Below are positions 48,501-58,075 of a stretch of DNA of 64,000 nucleotides, one piece after another. Source of the DNA: a virus; the IMG/VR virus record IMGVR_UViG_3300049740_000832; one strand, written 5' to 3'. The notes beneath the pieces are model-generated. The model saw only the letters and a list, made by a program, of their open reading frames with translations, was not told the origin of the DNA and made no database searches. A program made the translations under genes and the position numbers. The stretch's first letter is position 1, and every line of letters starts with the position of its first letter.

Positions 48501-50812
48501 CAGTTAATGAGGGTAATCTTGCGGTAGGAACTGCTGCAAGCAGAGGTCTCATTGCATTTTGGTGGGGTCGTGCATTCTGGATACCACTTCTTGGATTCGG
48601 TCTCATTCCTAATGCTGGTATTTGGAATGGATGGAACGGAGTTGCTAACTGGAATAGAAACGGTGTAGTTCAAGGTTCTGTTGTAAGAAGAGGTCGAAAT
48701 ATTGTTAGAAGTTTCTCACAACGTATCGTTGTGGGCGAAAGGACTGTAAGGAAAGAAATTGGTGACCGCACAGTTTCGCTAACATTCTTACCTTTCATTC
48801 GTGCTCGTAAAATATTCTTCCACGCAGAAGGTCTCCGTCCAAATACGCAATACTTTGCATTCTTTGATGGAACACCTGTTGCAGACTATGTTCGCACTGA
48901 AACATCATTCGAAAGATTTGCATCTTCAACTAATGGTGGTTGGAAATATGGTGACCGACATAAGTTAGCAGCAGAACACCCTGAAGGTAAATCAACTCTC
49001 ACATCTGACTTGAATGGTGCTATTCGAGGTTCTTTCTTCATCCCAGCTCGTGAGGATTTGAGATTTAAGGCAGGCGAAAGAGAATTCAAACTTCTTGATA
49101 TTAGTGTAAATAATGATGCAAATGCATTATCAATTGCATCTGCAATTTATACTGCACAAGGAACATTGGATACAAGACAGAAGACTATTACATCTACTCG
49201 TATCACAACGGTAAGAACTCGTAGATGGACAGAAACTCAACGTGTTCGTGGACGCGACCCTCTCGCACAATCCTTCCGTGTGACAGAACCAGATGGTATA
49301 TTCGTAACCAAAGTTCAAACTTATTTTAAGAGTAAGGATGATGTTATCCCTATTCGTTTGGAAATCCGTCCAATGGTAAACGGTCAACCATCTGCAACAG
49401 ACATCATTGCAAATGCGGTGAAGTTTCTGACGCCAAGTTCAGAAGTGAGTCTCCCTGCATCACAGACACAGGCAGCGGTTGTTGCTGCACCTACAACGTT
49501 CACATTCGATGAACCAGTCTTCTTGAATCCAGATACGGAATATGCAATTGTTCTGTTGGCAGAGTCAACAAAATATGAAGCGTATGTTGGAGAGACCTAT
49601 GCATTTGAATTAGGTTCAACTGAAAATCGTATCTCTCGTCAACCTTCTATGGGTTCATTGTTCAAATCACAAAACGGAACGACATGGGAGCCTGACCAGA
49701 CTAAAGACCTTGCATTCAAAATCTTTAAGGCAGATTTCTCTACTGCTGGTGGTTTTGCTGTATTTGAAAATGTCGATATGCCTAAACAACTTCTTAAAGA
49801 AAATCCATTCCATGTTGAGAACGGTGATGCAACTGTTACTGCAATGATTGATGGACATGGTTTCCAAGTTGGTGACGATATTCATATCGAAGGTATTGAT
49901 AGTGCAGATACAGTTAATGGTATCACTGGTGCAAATATTGTTGCCACAAGAGCTATTACTCACGCCGATGGTTATGGTATTAAATTTGAAGCAGGCGCTA
50001 ATGCAACCTCATCAGGTCGTTTCGGTGGCACCAATGTTGCCGTTGACCAACAGATACAGTTTGATGAAGTTATTCCGATGTTCACTACACTGACCCCAGA
50101 CAATACAAATCTGACATATAGTGCAAAGTTTACCACAGGTAAATCATGGGCGGGTTCAGAAACACGTTTCCAAAAAGATACAAGTTTTAATAGTGACATC
50201 GCAATACTTGACACCAATCTATTTGATAGTCCAAGACTTATTGCTACTCCACAAAATGAAACTACGGAATTGGGTGCAGGGGTTCGTTCTACTACATTCA
50301 AAGTTGATATGACAACAAATCGTGCTGATGTTTCACCAATCATCGATGCACAAAGAGCATCATTGATTTGTGTCGGAAACCAGATTGACAGACAAGCAAA
50401 TAGCGTTTCATCAGGATTCAATGTTCCATTATCATTTACCGCAGAAACCGAAGCGTTTGGTGGGTCATCTCTTGCGAAACATACCACTTCGGTTCAGACT
50501 CTTGCAGAAAGTGCTGTTGGTCTAAAAGTTCTACTCGCTGCATTAAGACCTTCGGCTTCTGACTTTGACTTATATTACAGGGTCGCAAGAGATGGAACAG
50601 ACATCTTCCAAGAGGATTTTATACTTCAAGGTAGAGAAACTGCGGTTGCTCCAGATGGAGAAAACTTCCGTGAGTATCGATATTTGATTGGTAAACAGGG
50701 TGGGGATATCGCTCCGTTCACTCAATATCAATTAAAAATTGTTATGACTTCAACAAACTCGTCTCTAGTCCCAATCTTTAAGGACTTGAGAGTGATTGCA
50801 ATGGCTGTCTAA
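45581..50812 (+). CDS. large virion structural protein (VrlC/DUF4815-like)
   Basis: Y.DDF......Y.RILF..GRALQARELTQ.Q, PGADRY, RT..ESGNY, TM.DIG.LE.R, K.GFFVD.F, DPLAQSF, GSLFKSQN..TW. Confidence 0.85.
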   Translation: MPRTFTENVFSSTYKDDFKDSDNYHRILFNSGRALQARELTQSQTIIQEEIGRFGRNIFKDGASVNPGGPTINTNYEFVKLNTNTNALPAGANALEANGGLIGVEFTGANSNVVARVLEVVEAEGSDPATLYVQYVNTSGGEVGENPVRYKSGETISGGGETLTVQSTNTASNPAIGRGCQISNSSGDFFVRGHFVFAKEQSLILSKYSRLPSKVIGFKVTEDIVTTSDTNELFDNQGATPNLSSPGADRYRIQLTLTTKDQVASDENFVYYCDVVDGNIVDQVSGTDDYNKITEVLAQRTAEESGNYIVSPFTIDFADDATNNTNFIASVSSGVAYLNGYRVGSEKPTKLTIPKPRAEVERTNEVVGVNYGQYFICDVLEGNLNINQFQTVGLKDATGFGGNGLGTARVRYVEEDGSNFKIYLFDINLLLGKVLRDVKSFGTGTADFAQPLLENGKAVIKESNKVNLVFPTPDPRPKSITDVDFEVQRVFTGTSDDGTIVHSSSIPTNNASGTVQLTLSATGETFANTGQFIATVDSSGDVVSSLTIGAAGTQSVNVSGLPIGSAVTVYAKVNKAQPSVRTKTLVETTKTFTGISEDSNGSKYIDLHENDIFEIVSIKDTDSNGADQSSKYYLDNGQRAGFYNNGRLILNGGATAPGGSDNTFIRFKHFTHGAGDFFSVNSYTGQVDYEDIPSFATGPRESVNLRDVIDFRSSVDSDGLFVGGDAAVNEMPTNGDIFQGDVTYYMPRADKVVITKDGELKNIQGENGFGSQVPDTPENTLGLFELELNAYGLHDSDVATNVLRAKRFTMADIGKLEKRVDKLEEVTSLSLLEVGTDALLVLDSAGNPRTKSGFFVDNFADRTFSDVQSPEYRAGIDPSTETLSPQKTEKNVTLRYDSAASSNTILKGDTVYLKYQDVEAITQTQVSGTENVNPFAVITGEGELTLSPASDEWIDTEYRPANVINKTATETLAAVNEGNLAVGTAASRGLIAFWWGRAFWIPLLGFGLIPNAGIWNGWNGVANWNRNGVVQGSVVRRGRNIVRSFSQRIVVGERTVRKEIGDRTVSLTFLPFIRARKIFFHAEGLRPNTQYFAFFDGTPVADYVRTETSFERFASSTNGGWKYGDRHKLAAEHPEGKSTLTSDLNGAIRGSFFIPAREDLRFKAGEREFKLLDISVNNDANALSIASAIYTAQGTLDTRQKTITSTRITTVRTRRWTETQRVRGRDPLAQSFRVTEPDGIFVTKVQTYFKSKDDVIPIRLEIRPMVNGQPSATDIIANAVKFLTPSSEVSLPASQTQAAVVAAPTTFTFDEPVFLNPDTEYAIVLLAESTKYEAYVGETYAFELGSTENRISRQPSMGSLFKSQNGTTWEPDQTKDLAFKIFKADFSTAGGFAVFENVDMPKQLLKENPFHVENGDATVTAMIDGHGFQVGDDIHIEGIDSADTVNGITGANIVATRAITHADGYGIKFEAGANATSSGRFGGTNVAVDQQIQFDEVIPMFTTLTPDNTNLTYSAKFTTGKSWAGSETRFQKDTSFNSDIAILDTNLFDSPRLIATPQNETTELGAGVRSTTFKVDMTTNRADVSPIIDAQRASLICVGNQIDRQANSVSSGFNVPLSFTAETEAFGGSSLAKHTTSVQTLAESAVGLKVLLAALRPSASDFDLYYRVARDGTDIFQEDFILQGRETAVAPDGENFREYRYLIGKQGGDIAPFTQYQLKIVMTSTNSSLVPIFKDLRVIAMAV

Positions 50813-51021
50813 TGAGTAACAAATATGTAATGGTTGATGGCTCTCCTAGTTATGCTCGTGATATGGAAACTGGCGGTATTATTAATATAAATAAAGAAGA
50901 GATTGAAGCGGCGAGAGAAGCAAAAAGAAAAAGAAAAAATAAGGAACAGGAGTTCCAAGACTTAAAGAATGAAGTTGGTGAAATAAAAGAACTCCTCAAT
51001 AAACTGGTAGAGAAACTGTAA
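50812..51021 (+). CDS. small coiled-coil virion-module protein
   Basis: RD..TG.IIN...E...LK.E..EIK.LL; coupled to neighbours. Confidence 0.65.
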   Translation: MSNKYVMVDGSPSYARDMETGGIININKEEIEAAREAKRKRKNKEQEFQDLKNEVGEIKELLNKLVEKL

Positions 51022-52070
51022 TGGCAACAAATCCACCGACAATTACTAATATTACCGATACCTTCACCACATTGGTGACGAACTTAAATACCATGTCATT
51101 GGATTTAGGTGCAACTGGACGGTTAAACACCAATCAGGATTCAAGCACTGTTGCTGCTATCAATGAGTTGGAACTTGCGATTCGAGGAACATCGAATAAC
51201 CTAGTATCCGCAGACTTGTCTACGGGCGGTCTTACTGCAAATAATTTGACTGCAGCGATTGTCGAACTCGATAGTGATGTCGGTGCGAGACCTCATACGA
51301 CATTGACAACGACTGCAAAAACTCTTACAGGTGCAGTCAATGAAATTGATGCGTTACAGGGTAATGTCTCACTCACGACCACAGCAACAACTATCACTGG
51401 TGCGGTTGCAGAACATGACGCAGAACTCGGAACAATCACTGCGGGTGCAATGGGAACTACTGCTTCTACGGTAAGTGGTGCGATTGCAGAACTGGAAGTG
51501 GAGATTGACACACTTAACACAAAGGTCGAACCCGCTCAAGCATTAACGACTACCGCAACCACATTATCAGATGCGGTAAATGAACTTGATGCAGAGATTG
51601 GTAGTGCAACACTCACAACTACAGCACAGACACTTTCTGGTGCTATCAACGAACACGATACAGAGATTGGTGCAGCATCACTTAATACTTCTGCGACTAC
51701 TCTTCGTGGCGCAATCAACGAACTACACACAGAGTTGGGTGCAATACCAGATTCCGATGGCCAAAAGAATTTGGTCGCAAGTAAAGTCGGTGAATCATTA
51801 CGACTACTAGATAGTTCTTTAGGTGATTTGTCTACATTGACTTCCACCATAACAGACCATTCAACCATTGTCAAGGCAATTAATTCAAACAAAGCACAGA
51901 TTGACACATTGGACTCTGATGGTGTTGTAGTCAATCAAACTTTAGGTTTATTATCTAGTTTAGATTCTGCATTTGTTGGTTCAGAACGAAACAACTTCGT
52001 GAACGCACTCAACGCATTAAGAGCGGATATACCACTAATCTATGATGAGAACGGCACACAACTTAACTAA
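51021..52070 (+). CDS. fibre/fibritin-like protein with T.A.T..GA(I/V).E repeats
   Basis: Many copies of TTTAxTLxGAVNE-like segmented coiled-coil repeats. Confidence 0.65.
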   Translation: MATNPPTITNITDTFTTLVTNLNTMSLDLGATGRLNTNQDSSTVAAINELELAIRGTSNNLVSADLSTGGLTANNLTAAIVELDSDVGARPHTTLTTTAKTLTGAVNEIDALQGNVSLTTTATTITGAVAEHDAELGTITAGAMGTTASTVSGAIAELEVEIDTLNTKVEPAQALTTTATTLSDAVNELDAEIGSATLTTTAQTLSGAINEHDTEIGAASLNTSATTLRGAINELHTELGAIPDSDGQKNLVASKVGESLRLLDSSLGDLSTLTSTITDHSTIVKAINSNKAQIDTLDSDGVVVNQTLGLLSSLDSAFVGSERNNFVNALNALRADIPLIYDENGTQLN

Positions 52071-52088
52071 TACTTGGAGTGATACATA

Positions 52089-55000
52089 ATGACAAGTTAT
52101 GTTCCGTTAAAATTAAAAGACAGCGCGAACTTTGAAGAATTCGATACGACAAGTAGTATTGCATCAAATGATGAAAACTATTTGGCATATCAGGTAGGTC
52201 TTGCACTTTCCGAAGCAGATAGTAGTGAACCAGCTTCACTATCTCTCTTAGCTGATTTAAGCACAGATTCCGCATATTTTATTGGTGATTTAATAAACAC
52301 TGAATATGATTCAGCCATTGGAACTGGCGGAAGTGGTTCATTTTTAACTTTTAGTCAAACTGTTCAGTCAGTGTTTCAAAGAGACGGAACAGTATCTTTT
52401 ACTGACAGTGACTACCGTATTCCTATCTACACAAAAAATTATTCAGGCGCTGACCAATTGGATGACACAACAGCGAATTTGTCTCAAGTCAATCTCTTGC
52501 GAAATCGCACAAAATTTGATTATGTTGAAATTGTTTCGGTTAGTAATGGTGATGACTTAACAATAAAAATACCCTCTGAAAGAAATGTAATATTCGATAG
52601 GTTTGTTGGAACTTCAATCAATCAACATGATAGTGATGTAAATGGATATGCAACACATGCTGGCACTGTAGAGTTTGGTAACGCTCTTCATGAACCACCA
52701 AAAATGACGGTGGAGGCTGCTGTTGGTGTAACAACTGGTAGGTATGAAGATTCTGATAATGCATATGTGATTAACTTTAGAAATGCAACTATTGGTGGAA
52801 CGGCATATGCTTCGGCAGAAGCAAAATCAGAATATGAAATTGGCGACAATGGAATATATGTAAATGCTTTAACTCAAAATAATTTTCAAACAATAATCAA
52901 TGAGATGGATAGTTCTGCTAGAAGCAGTCTTGTTGATAGATTGAATAGACGTATTTTTACATCTGACTATCCAGGCTCGTATAGACTTAGTTCAGTCTCT
53001 CCTGACAGTGCCGACTGGTCACTTGATTTGTCTAATGTAATGACTGATACGAGAGATAGTGCTGGTAACTATTCCTTACAATATAATATCTATAAAAGAA
53101 CCTCAATGGCGGCTCCCAATACGGTTCTCCCATTCGCAATCAAACGGTCTAATGGTGATAGTGGAGACTATCAGGGTCTTCAAAGAATGACACCTAGACA
53201 GGTGAAGTATTCTTTGGGTCAGGAAGCAAAGAAAAGAATCGCGTCTTCTTCTACAAATATTGGTAATTACAGAATCCTGAGTTCTGCGACAGGCACACCA
53301 TCAGATATAGGTTTATCAGGAACATGGACGGCAAAGGGAACTGCAACAGATACTCGTCAAGCGGTTGTTGATGCTAACTATACAAGAACTCGTTCAAGTT
53401 CATTTTCTCGATTAAGAACTTCTACGTTTGCGGGTAACTATACAAGAACTCGTTCAAGTGCATTTTCAGAAGATTATACAACAACTAGAGAATCAACATA
53501 TAGTGCAAACTATACCAGAACACGAGCAAGTAATTACTCACTCGGTTTTGTGGGTGACTTTATTGCTAACTATACAACAGAACGTGACCAGAATTTTACA
53601 AGGAATCGAATTGCCCCTGGCGCATTAAGTTATACAAGAACTCGTTCAAGCACCTTTACTGGTAATTTTAGTAGAATACTACAATATACAACAAACTATA
53701 CTGGTGATTTTGTAGGCCCAGTGACATCAGGTTTATCAGTTATTGGCACGGCCGACATCCAGATAACCTCACAAGCGTTATTTAATGGCGCTGTTTCAGC
53801 TCTCGTAACTGTTCCGTCTGGAACAAAGTCTGTTATATTGTGTGCTAATGTTAAAACGAATGGTAATAGACGGTCATTGTTTTCCGCTGTTACGTTTGGT
53901 GGCACCGCAATGAACGAAGCGATATCTCAAAATAACACGCCCGCTGAATATACTTTTGATACAGGAATTTATAATGTAAACTATACTTCTACAGGAGTCA
54001 AGACTGTTTTTTTCTTCCTGAGTAATAATCCACAAGTCTATGGTATGGGTGCAAGGGTTATTTTTCTCAATAAGGCGTTTAGTAGTTATTCGCCAAGTGA
54101 TGCTGATGGCGTCTCCACAACAGGTTCAAGTGGCAGAGGCGATATCACTAACCACAACAAATATGCCAATGGCATAACTGTAGCAAGTGCCACATGTCGA
54201 GCGCCGAATAGTGGTGCTTATGTTGCTCAGGTTGGCGATTTGGCGTATCTATACTCACCTTATATCGATACTACTGGTTGGAATCAGGGTTTTATTCAAC
54301 ATCCAAGTGGCAATAACAGTGGGTCTATCACTGGTTATGAATTGCCAACTGGTGTTGGGCCAGCTGGGACAATTTCATTTCGTTATATGCAAAATGATTT
54401 TGGTGAAAGTGCGGCGGTAGCCTCTTGGGCACCATCAAAGTTTGAACAAGATTATGATGTTACTTATACTGGTAACTTTACGAGAGTTGGTCAATATACG
54501 TCAAATTTTTCTAGAAATTTCACAGGTAATTATACTAGAGATGCAGTTTATACTGGTAACTATACGGGAGACTTTTTAGGCGATTTCACAAGAAACCGTC
54601 AGGCCACAAGACCAGACGACTTTACTCGTGACTTTACAGGTGACTATAGTAATGACTATACCAGAACAAGAGTATCAACATATACTCGTAACGCCACTGG
54701 TGTATTTACGGGTGGATATACTGGTTACTATACTGGTGATTTTACTAGTAATTTCACTAGAATTAGCACAGCAACTACAGGAGCAACTCAACGAGTTCTT
54801 ATTGGGCCGGCAAGTAGTAATACCAATTATTGGTGGTCGAGCAGTAACCAAACCAATCGTGTATCTTTTGGAAGTTTTGAATCTTGGTTTGCTGCTACCA
54901 ATCTAATTGCTTCCAGTGGTAGTTCTGCCATAAGCGTTGAAAACTACAATACAAATGGGACATACTTACATGGATATTATGGTCATCCAGCGAGCGCGAG

Positions 55001-55838
55001 CGTCTCAAGAACAAATAAATCACCTAGTTATACAGAGACTATCAGGACAGCGACTACCGCACAACTAACTTGGATACGAGGTCATCAGCCGGGTCTTGCG
55101 GCCACAAACGGACAGGATTGGATTGGCGCATCGTCTGGCATTAGTTATCCTTATTCGAATAGTGATTACATTCAGGCCGGCCCGAATGGAACGCAATGCC
55201 CATATGGCGCAACATTCACGAAAAACCTAACTCGTGCTTATGCTCTGAATAACTCATCACAACCAACATTTGCTAATGGAATATACCCTGTAGGTTTTGA
55301 TGATGATTATGGCACGGGTGGAATATTTTGTTTTTATGCGAACAATAATAATGTTTATCTAGTTGGTTCGAATTGGTTAGATTCACAAAGCACAAGTAGT
55401 AATCGAGGGATTACAGTCTGTGATTTTTCAACGGCGGTTTCTACAAATTATACTGGTAACTATTCAACTGATTTCTTACAGAACTTCACCCGTCTAATTG
55501 AAACTAATTTTACAGGCGACTTTGCTGGTAACTATTCTAGGAACTTCACGGGGAACTATACTAGGGATTTCACTAGAACACGCACATCAACATACTTGGG
55601 TGCTGAAACATTTAGTCGTGATTTCACAGGTAACTATGAGGGTAACTATACTAGGAACTTTACTCGAACATTTGAAGGTAACTACACAAGAGACTTTACT
55701 GGAAACTACGAAGGTAATTATCAACAAAACTATATTGGTAACTATGTAGGTGAGTTTTTAGGTAACTATGCTGGTGATAGTATTGGTTCAGGGTCTAGTA
55801 ACATTGAGACATATACACTCTATGTAAGAACTGCATAA
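52089..55838 (+). CDS. putative branched fibre/adhesin with tetrapeptide repeat arms and two globular inserts
   Basis: Shares N-terminal (PLKL..., ENYLAYQ.G, YPG.Y.L, QG.Q.M, W.AKGTATD.R) and C-terminal (IETYTLYV.TA) segments with the next gene. Confidence 0.7.
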   Translation: MTSYVPLKLKDSANFEEFDTTSSIASNDENYLAYQVGLALSEADSSEPASLSLLADLSTDSAYFIGDLINTEYDSAIGTGGSGSFLTFSQTVQSVFQRDGTVSFTDSDYRIPIYTKNYSGADQLDDTTANLSQVNLLRNRTKFDYVEIVSVSNGDDLTIKIPSERNVIFDRFVGTSINQHDSDVNGYATHAGTVEFGNALHEPPKMTVEAAVGVTTGRYEDSDNAYVINFRNATIGGTAYASAEAKSEYEIGDNGIYVNALTQNNFQTIINEMDSSARSSLVDRLNRRIFTSDYPGSYRLSSVSPDSADWSLDLSNVMTDTRDSAGNYSLQYNIYKRTSMAAPNTVLPFAIKRSNGDSGDYQGLQRMTPRQVKYSLGQEAKKRIASSSTNIGNYRILSSATGTPSDIGLSGTWTAKGTATDTRQAVVDANYTRTRSSSFSRLRTSTFAGNYTRTRSSAFSEDYTTTRESTYSANYTRTRASNYSLGFVGDFIANYTTERDQNFTRNRIAPGALSYTRTRSSTFTGNFSRILQYTTNYTGDFVGPVTSGLSVIGTADIQITSQALFNGAVSALVTVPSGTKSVILCANVKTNGNRRSLFSAVTFGGTAMNEAISQNNTPAEYTFDTGIYNVNYTSTGVKTVFFFLSNNPQVYGMGARVIFLNKAFSSYSPSDADGVSTTGSSGRGDITNHNKYANGITVASATCRAPNSGAYVAQVGDLAYLYSPYIDTTGWNQGFIQHPSGNNSGSITGYELPTGVGPAGTISFRYMQNDFGESAAVASWAPSKFEQDYDVTYTGNFTRVGQYTSNFSRNFTGNYTRDAVYTGNYTGDFLGDFTRNRQATRPDDFTRDFTGDYSNDYTRTRVSTYTRNATGVFTGGYTGYYTGDFTSNFTRISTATTGATQRVLIGPASSNTNYWWSSSNQTNRVSFGSFESWFAATNLIASSGSSAISVENYNTNGTYLHGYYGHPASASVSRTNKSPSYTETIRTATTAQLTWIRGHQPGLAATNGQDWIGASSGISYPYSNSDYIQAGPNGTQCPYGATFTKNLTRAYALNNSSQPTFANGIYPVGFDDDYGTGGIFCFYANNNNVYLVGSNWLDSQSTSSNRGITVCDFSTAVSTNYTGNYSTDFLQNFTRLIETNFTGDFAGNYSRNFTGNYTRDFTRTRTSTYLGAETFSRDFTGNYEGNYTRNFTRTFEGNYTRDFTGNYEGNYQQNYIGNYVGEFLGNYAGDSIGSGSSNIETYTLYVRTA

Positions 55839-55849
55839 ATAGGGTTATC

Positions 55850-57580
55850 ATGGGAACTACACCACTAAAACTTGACGGAACTGACGGCAACCTTAAACAG
55901 ATGACAACATCTGAAGAGAACTATCTCGCATATCAGGCGGGATTGCATCTTGCATCTTTGGATTCTGGTCAAACCTATGTGATAGGTAATGTCTCTCATT
56001 CTGGAACAAATCGTTCAATCGGTTCTATAGTTGATACCAAGTTTGATGACGGAGTTGGAACACATGGATTTGCTAATGGAACTGTTCCTGTTACTCAAAC
56101 AAGTTATGCCTTCAATCAACACGCAGATTCGATAACATATTCAGACTCAGCGGATTTCAGAATTCCTACTGAATTTGTTGATAATAGTGGTTCTGCTGAA
56201 ATTCATGAACTTACAACAAGTGAACAAAACACACTAGGTGATAGAATAGCATCTGCACTTTTTACCAATGAATATCCTGGCTGTTACAAGTTAGGGTCAT
56301 CAACGCCAGGCAGTGATTGGTCAGTTCACAAATCAGGTATCTTTGAGGATACAATTGAAACTGGTGTATCAGGAACTTCATATAATCTATATGTAAAAGA
56401 CTCTATCTCATCTCCACCGTCTGCTGTCCGACCAGTTAGTGTCAAACGTTCAAGTGGTGCAACAGGAACGTTTCAGGGTATTCAGGAGATGTCTGATGCA
56501 GAGGTGAGGTATACTTTTGGTGCTCTTTGTCAAAGTCGGATGGCATCTGCTTCAAGTGCTATTGGTAATTATCTAATCAGGTCATCTGCTCAAGGTGCGC
56601 CATCAGGTGGAACATGGGTTGCAAAAGGAACTGCAACTGACAGTCGTAGGGATACAACTGATACAGATTATACTAGAACATCTGTAACTGAATTTACAAG
56701 AACTAGGTCAAGTGCCTTTCAGGGTAATTACTCTAGGGTCTTTTCTGCTGACTATACAAGGAATTCAACTGAAAACTTCACACAAGTTTTTACGGGAAAT
56801 TTCGTAGGCGACTTCACTGGTAACTATGCTACAAGTTATACGAGGACTTCTACCCGTGAAACTGATACGGATTTTACCAGAAGTTCTAGTGGTGACTTTA
56901 TTGGTAACTATGCTACAGATTTCACAAGAAACTCTACCAGAAATTCAACTAGAGATTCAAATAGAACATCAACTCGAACTAGAGTTCTTACCTATGCCGG
57001 CAACTTTGCAGGCAACTTTGCTGGTAACTTTGTTGGTAACTTTGTTGGTGACTATACTCGCGGTAGACTCTATTATTCTGACGGAACATTTTATGGCACT
57101 GCGGGTAACTATGTAGGTAACTACGCCAGAACATCAACTCGAACATCAACTCGAACATCAACTCGAACTAGAGTTACTAACTATGTCGGCGACTTTGCAG
57201 GCAACTTTGCTGGTGATTTTACAGGCGACTTTACAGGCGACTTTGCTGGTAACTATGTTGGTGACTTTACCAGAACTCGGGCGGTTGATTTTACAGGTAA
57301 CTTTATTGGCGATTTCACAGGTAACTATGAGGGTAACTATGCTACGGATTTCACAAGAAACTCTACCGCTGACCGAACTGAGGATTTCACTGGAGACTTT
57401 GTAGGTGACTTCACAGGTAACTATGAAGGTAATTACTCTAGGAATTTTTCAGCTGACTATAGTCGAGACTTCATAGGTAACTATGGAGAAAGTTTTTTAG
57501 GTAACTATGTCGGAACAACAATCGCAGCATCGACTTCTACAATTGAAACATACACCCTATATGTTAAAACCGCATTGTAA
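55850..57580 (+). CDS. putative hairpin fibre with xGN(F/Y) and TRxS tetrapeptide repeats
   Basis: Paralog of 52089-55838; 34+34 tetrapeptide units around an 11-aa tip. Confidence 0.7.
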   Translation: MGTTPLKLDGTDGNLKQMTTSEENYLAYQAGLHLASLDSGQTYVIGNVSHSGTNRSIGSIVDTKFDDGVGTHGFANGTVPVTQTSYAFNQHADSITYSDSADFRIPTEFVDNSGSAEIHELTTSEQNTLGDRIASALFTNEYPGCYKLGSSTPGSDWSVHKSGIFEDTIETGVSGTSYNLYVKDSISSPPSAVRPVSVKRSSGATGTFQGIQEMSDAEVRYTFGALCQSRMASASSAIGNYLIRSSAQGAPSGGTWVAKGTATDSRRDTTDTDYTRTSVTEFTRTRSSAFQGNYSRVFSADYTRNSTENFTQVFTGNFVGDFTGNYATSYTRTSTRETDTDFTRSSSGDFIGNYATDFTRNSTRNSTRDSNRTSTRTRVLTYAGNFAGNFAGNFVGNFVGDYTRGRLYYSDGTFYGTAGNYVGNYARTSTRTSTRTSTRTRVTNYVGDFAGNFAGDFTGDFTGDFAGNYVGDFTRTRAVDFTGNFIGDFTGNYEGNYATDFTRNSTADRTEDFTGDFVGDFTGNYEGNYSRNFSADYSRDFIGNYGESFLGNYVGTTIAASTSTIETYTLYVKTAL

Positions 57581-57616
57581 AAAATGAATATATAAAATTG
57601 AAATTAACTATGGAGA

Positions 57617-58075
57617 ATGATAGTGCAGAGAATATGGTTAAATAATGCATTTTGGGAAACACCCAAAAGACAAATGTTGAATGCAATTAGTGAGGTGACC
57701 GAAGAACCTAATAAGGTGAAACGGGAAGTTCACAAATTAAATAAATATAATGATGACGGAACACCAAACGAACTTTTTAATGAAGCGATTGAATTTTTAG
57801 GTGAAGAGTCTATCAATGCAGCAACTAACAAACGTCTTGAAAAGAAACAAGCAGAAGCTGAAATTGAAAAAGAAAAAAAGTTAGAGCAAGAACGTTCTAA
57901 GAAACTCGAAAAACTGTTTGAGTATAAACTAGAGACATTTGAGATTGATGAAATAAAGAATTCAAAAAACCGTTTATTAAAATCAAAGTTGAGACGTTCT
58001 AAATCGATTCCTGAAGTGAACCTGTATGCTATGATGATTGTTAAGGAATCTTTAGAAGATGAACACATCAAGTAA
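57617..58075 (+). CDS. hypothetical protein (possible fibre assembly/modification accessory)
   Basis: GGAG RBS; charged coiled-coil; KL..FE..EIK.S......K..LR. Confidence 0.55.
   Translation: MIVQRIWLNNAFWETPKRQMLNAISEVTEEPNKVKREVHKLNKYNDDGTPNELFNEAIEFLGEESINAATNKRLEKKQAEAEIEKEKKLEQERSKKLEKLFEYKLETFEIDEIKNSKNRLLKSKLRRSKSIPEVNLYAMMIVKESLEDEHIK

Noticed and set aside
26356-50812. Type VI secretion or tailocin locus of a bacterium
   Set aside because: gp2, gp4, gp32, gp33 and T4 late promoters show this is a T4-like phage genome.
53370-57508. GGTAACTAT/GGTAACTTT and ACTCGAACATCA DNA repeats as a CRISPR array or DGR template/variable repeats
   Set aside because: They are in-frame 12-nt coding units with synonymous variation, have no unique spacers, show no adenine-specific divergence pattern, and no cas or reverse transcriptase gene is in the window.
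56660-57508. DNA-level inverted repeat explaining the protein pseudo-palindrome
   Set aside because: The reverse complement of the GNF codons (AAAGTTACC) does not match the RTS codons; the symmetry exists only in the protein.
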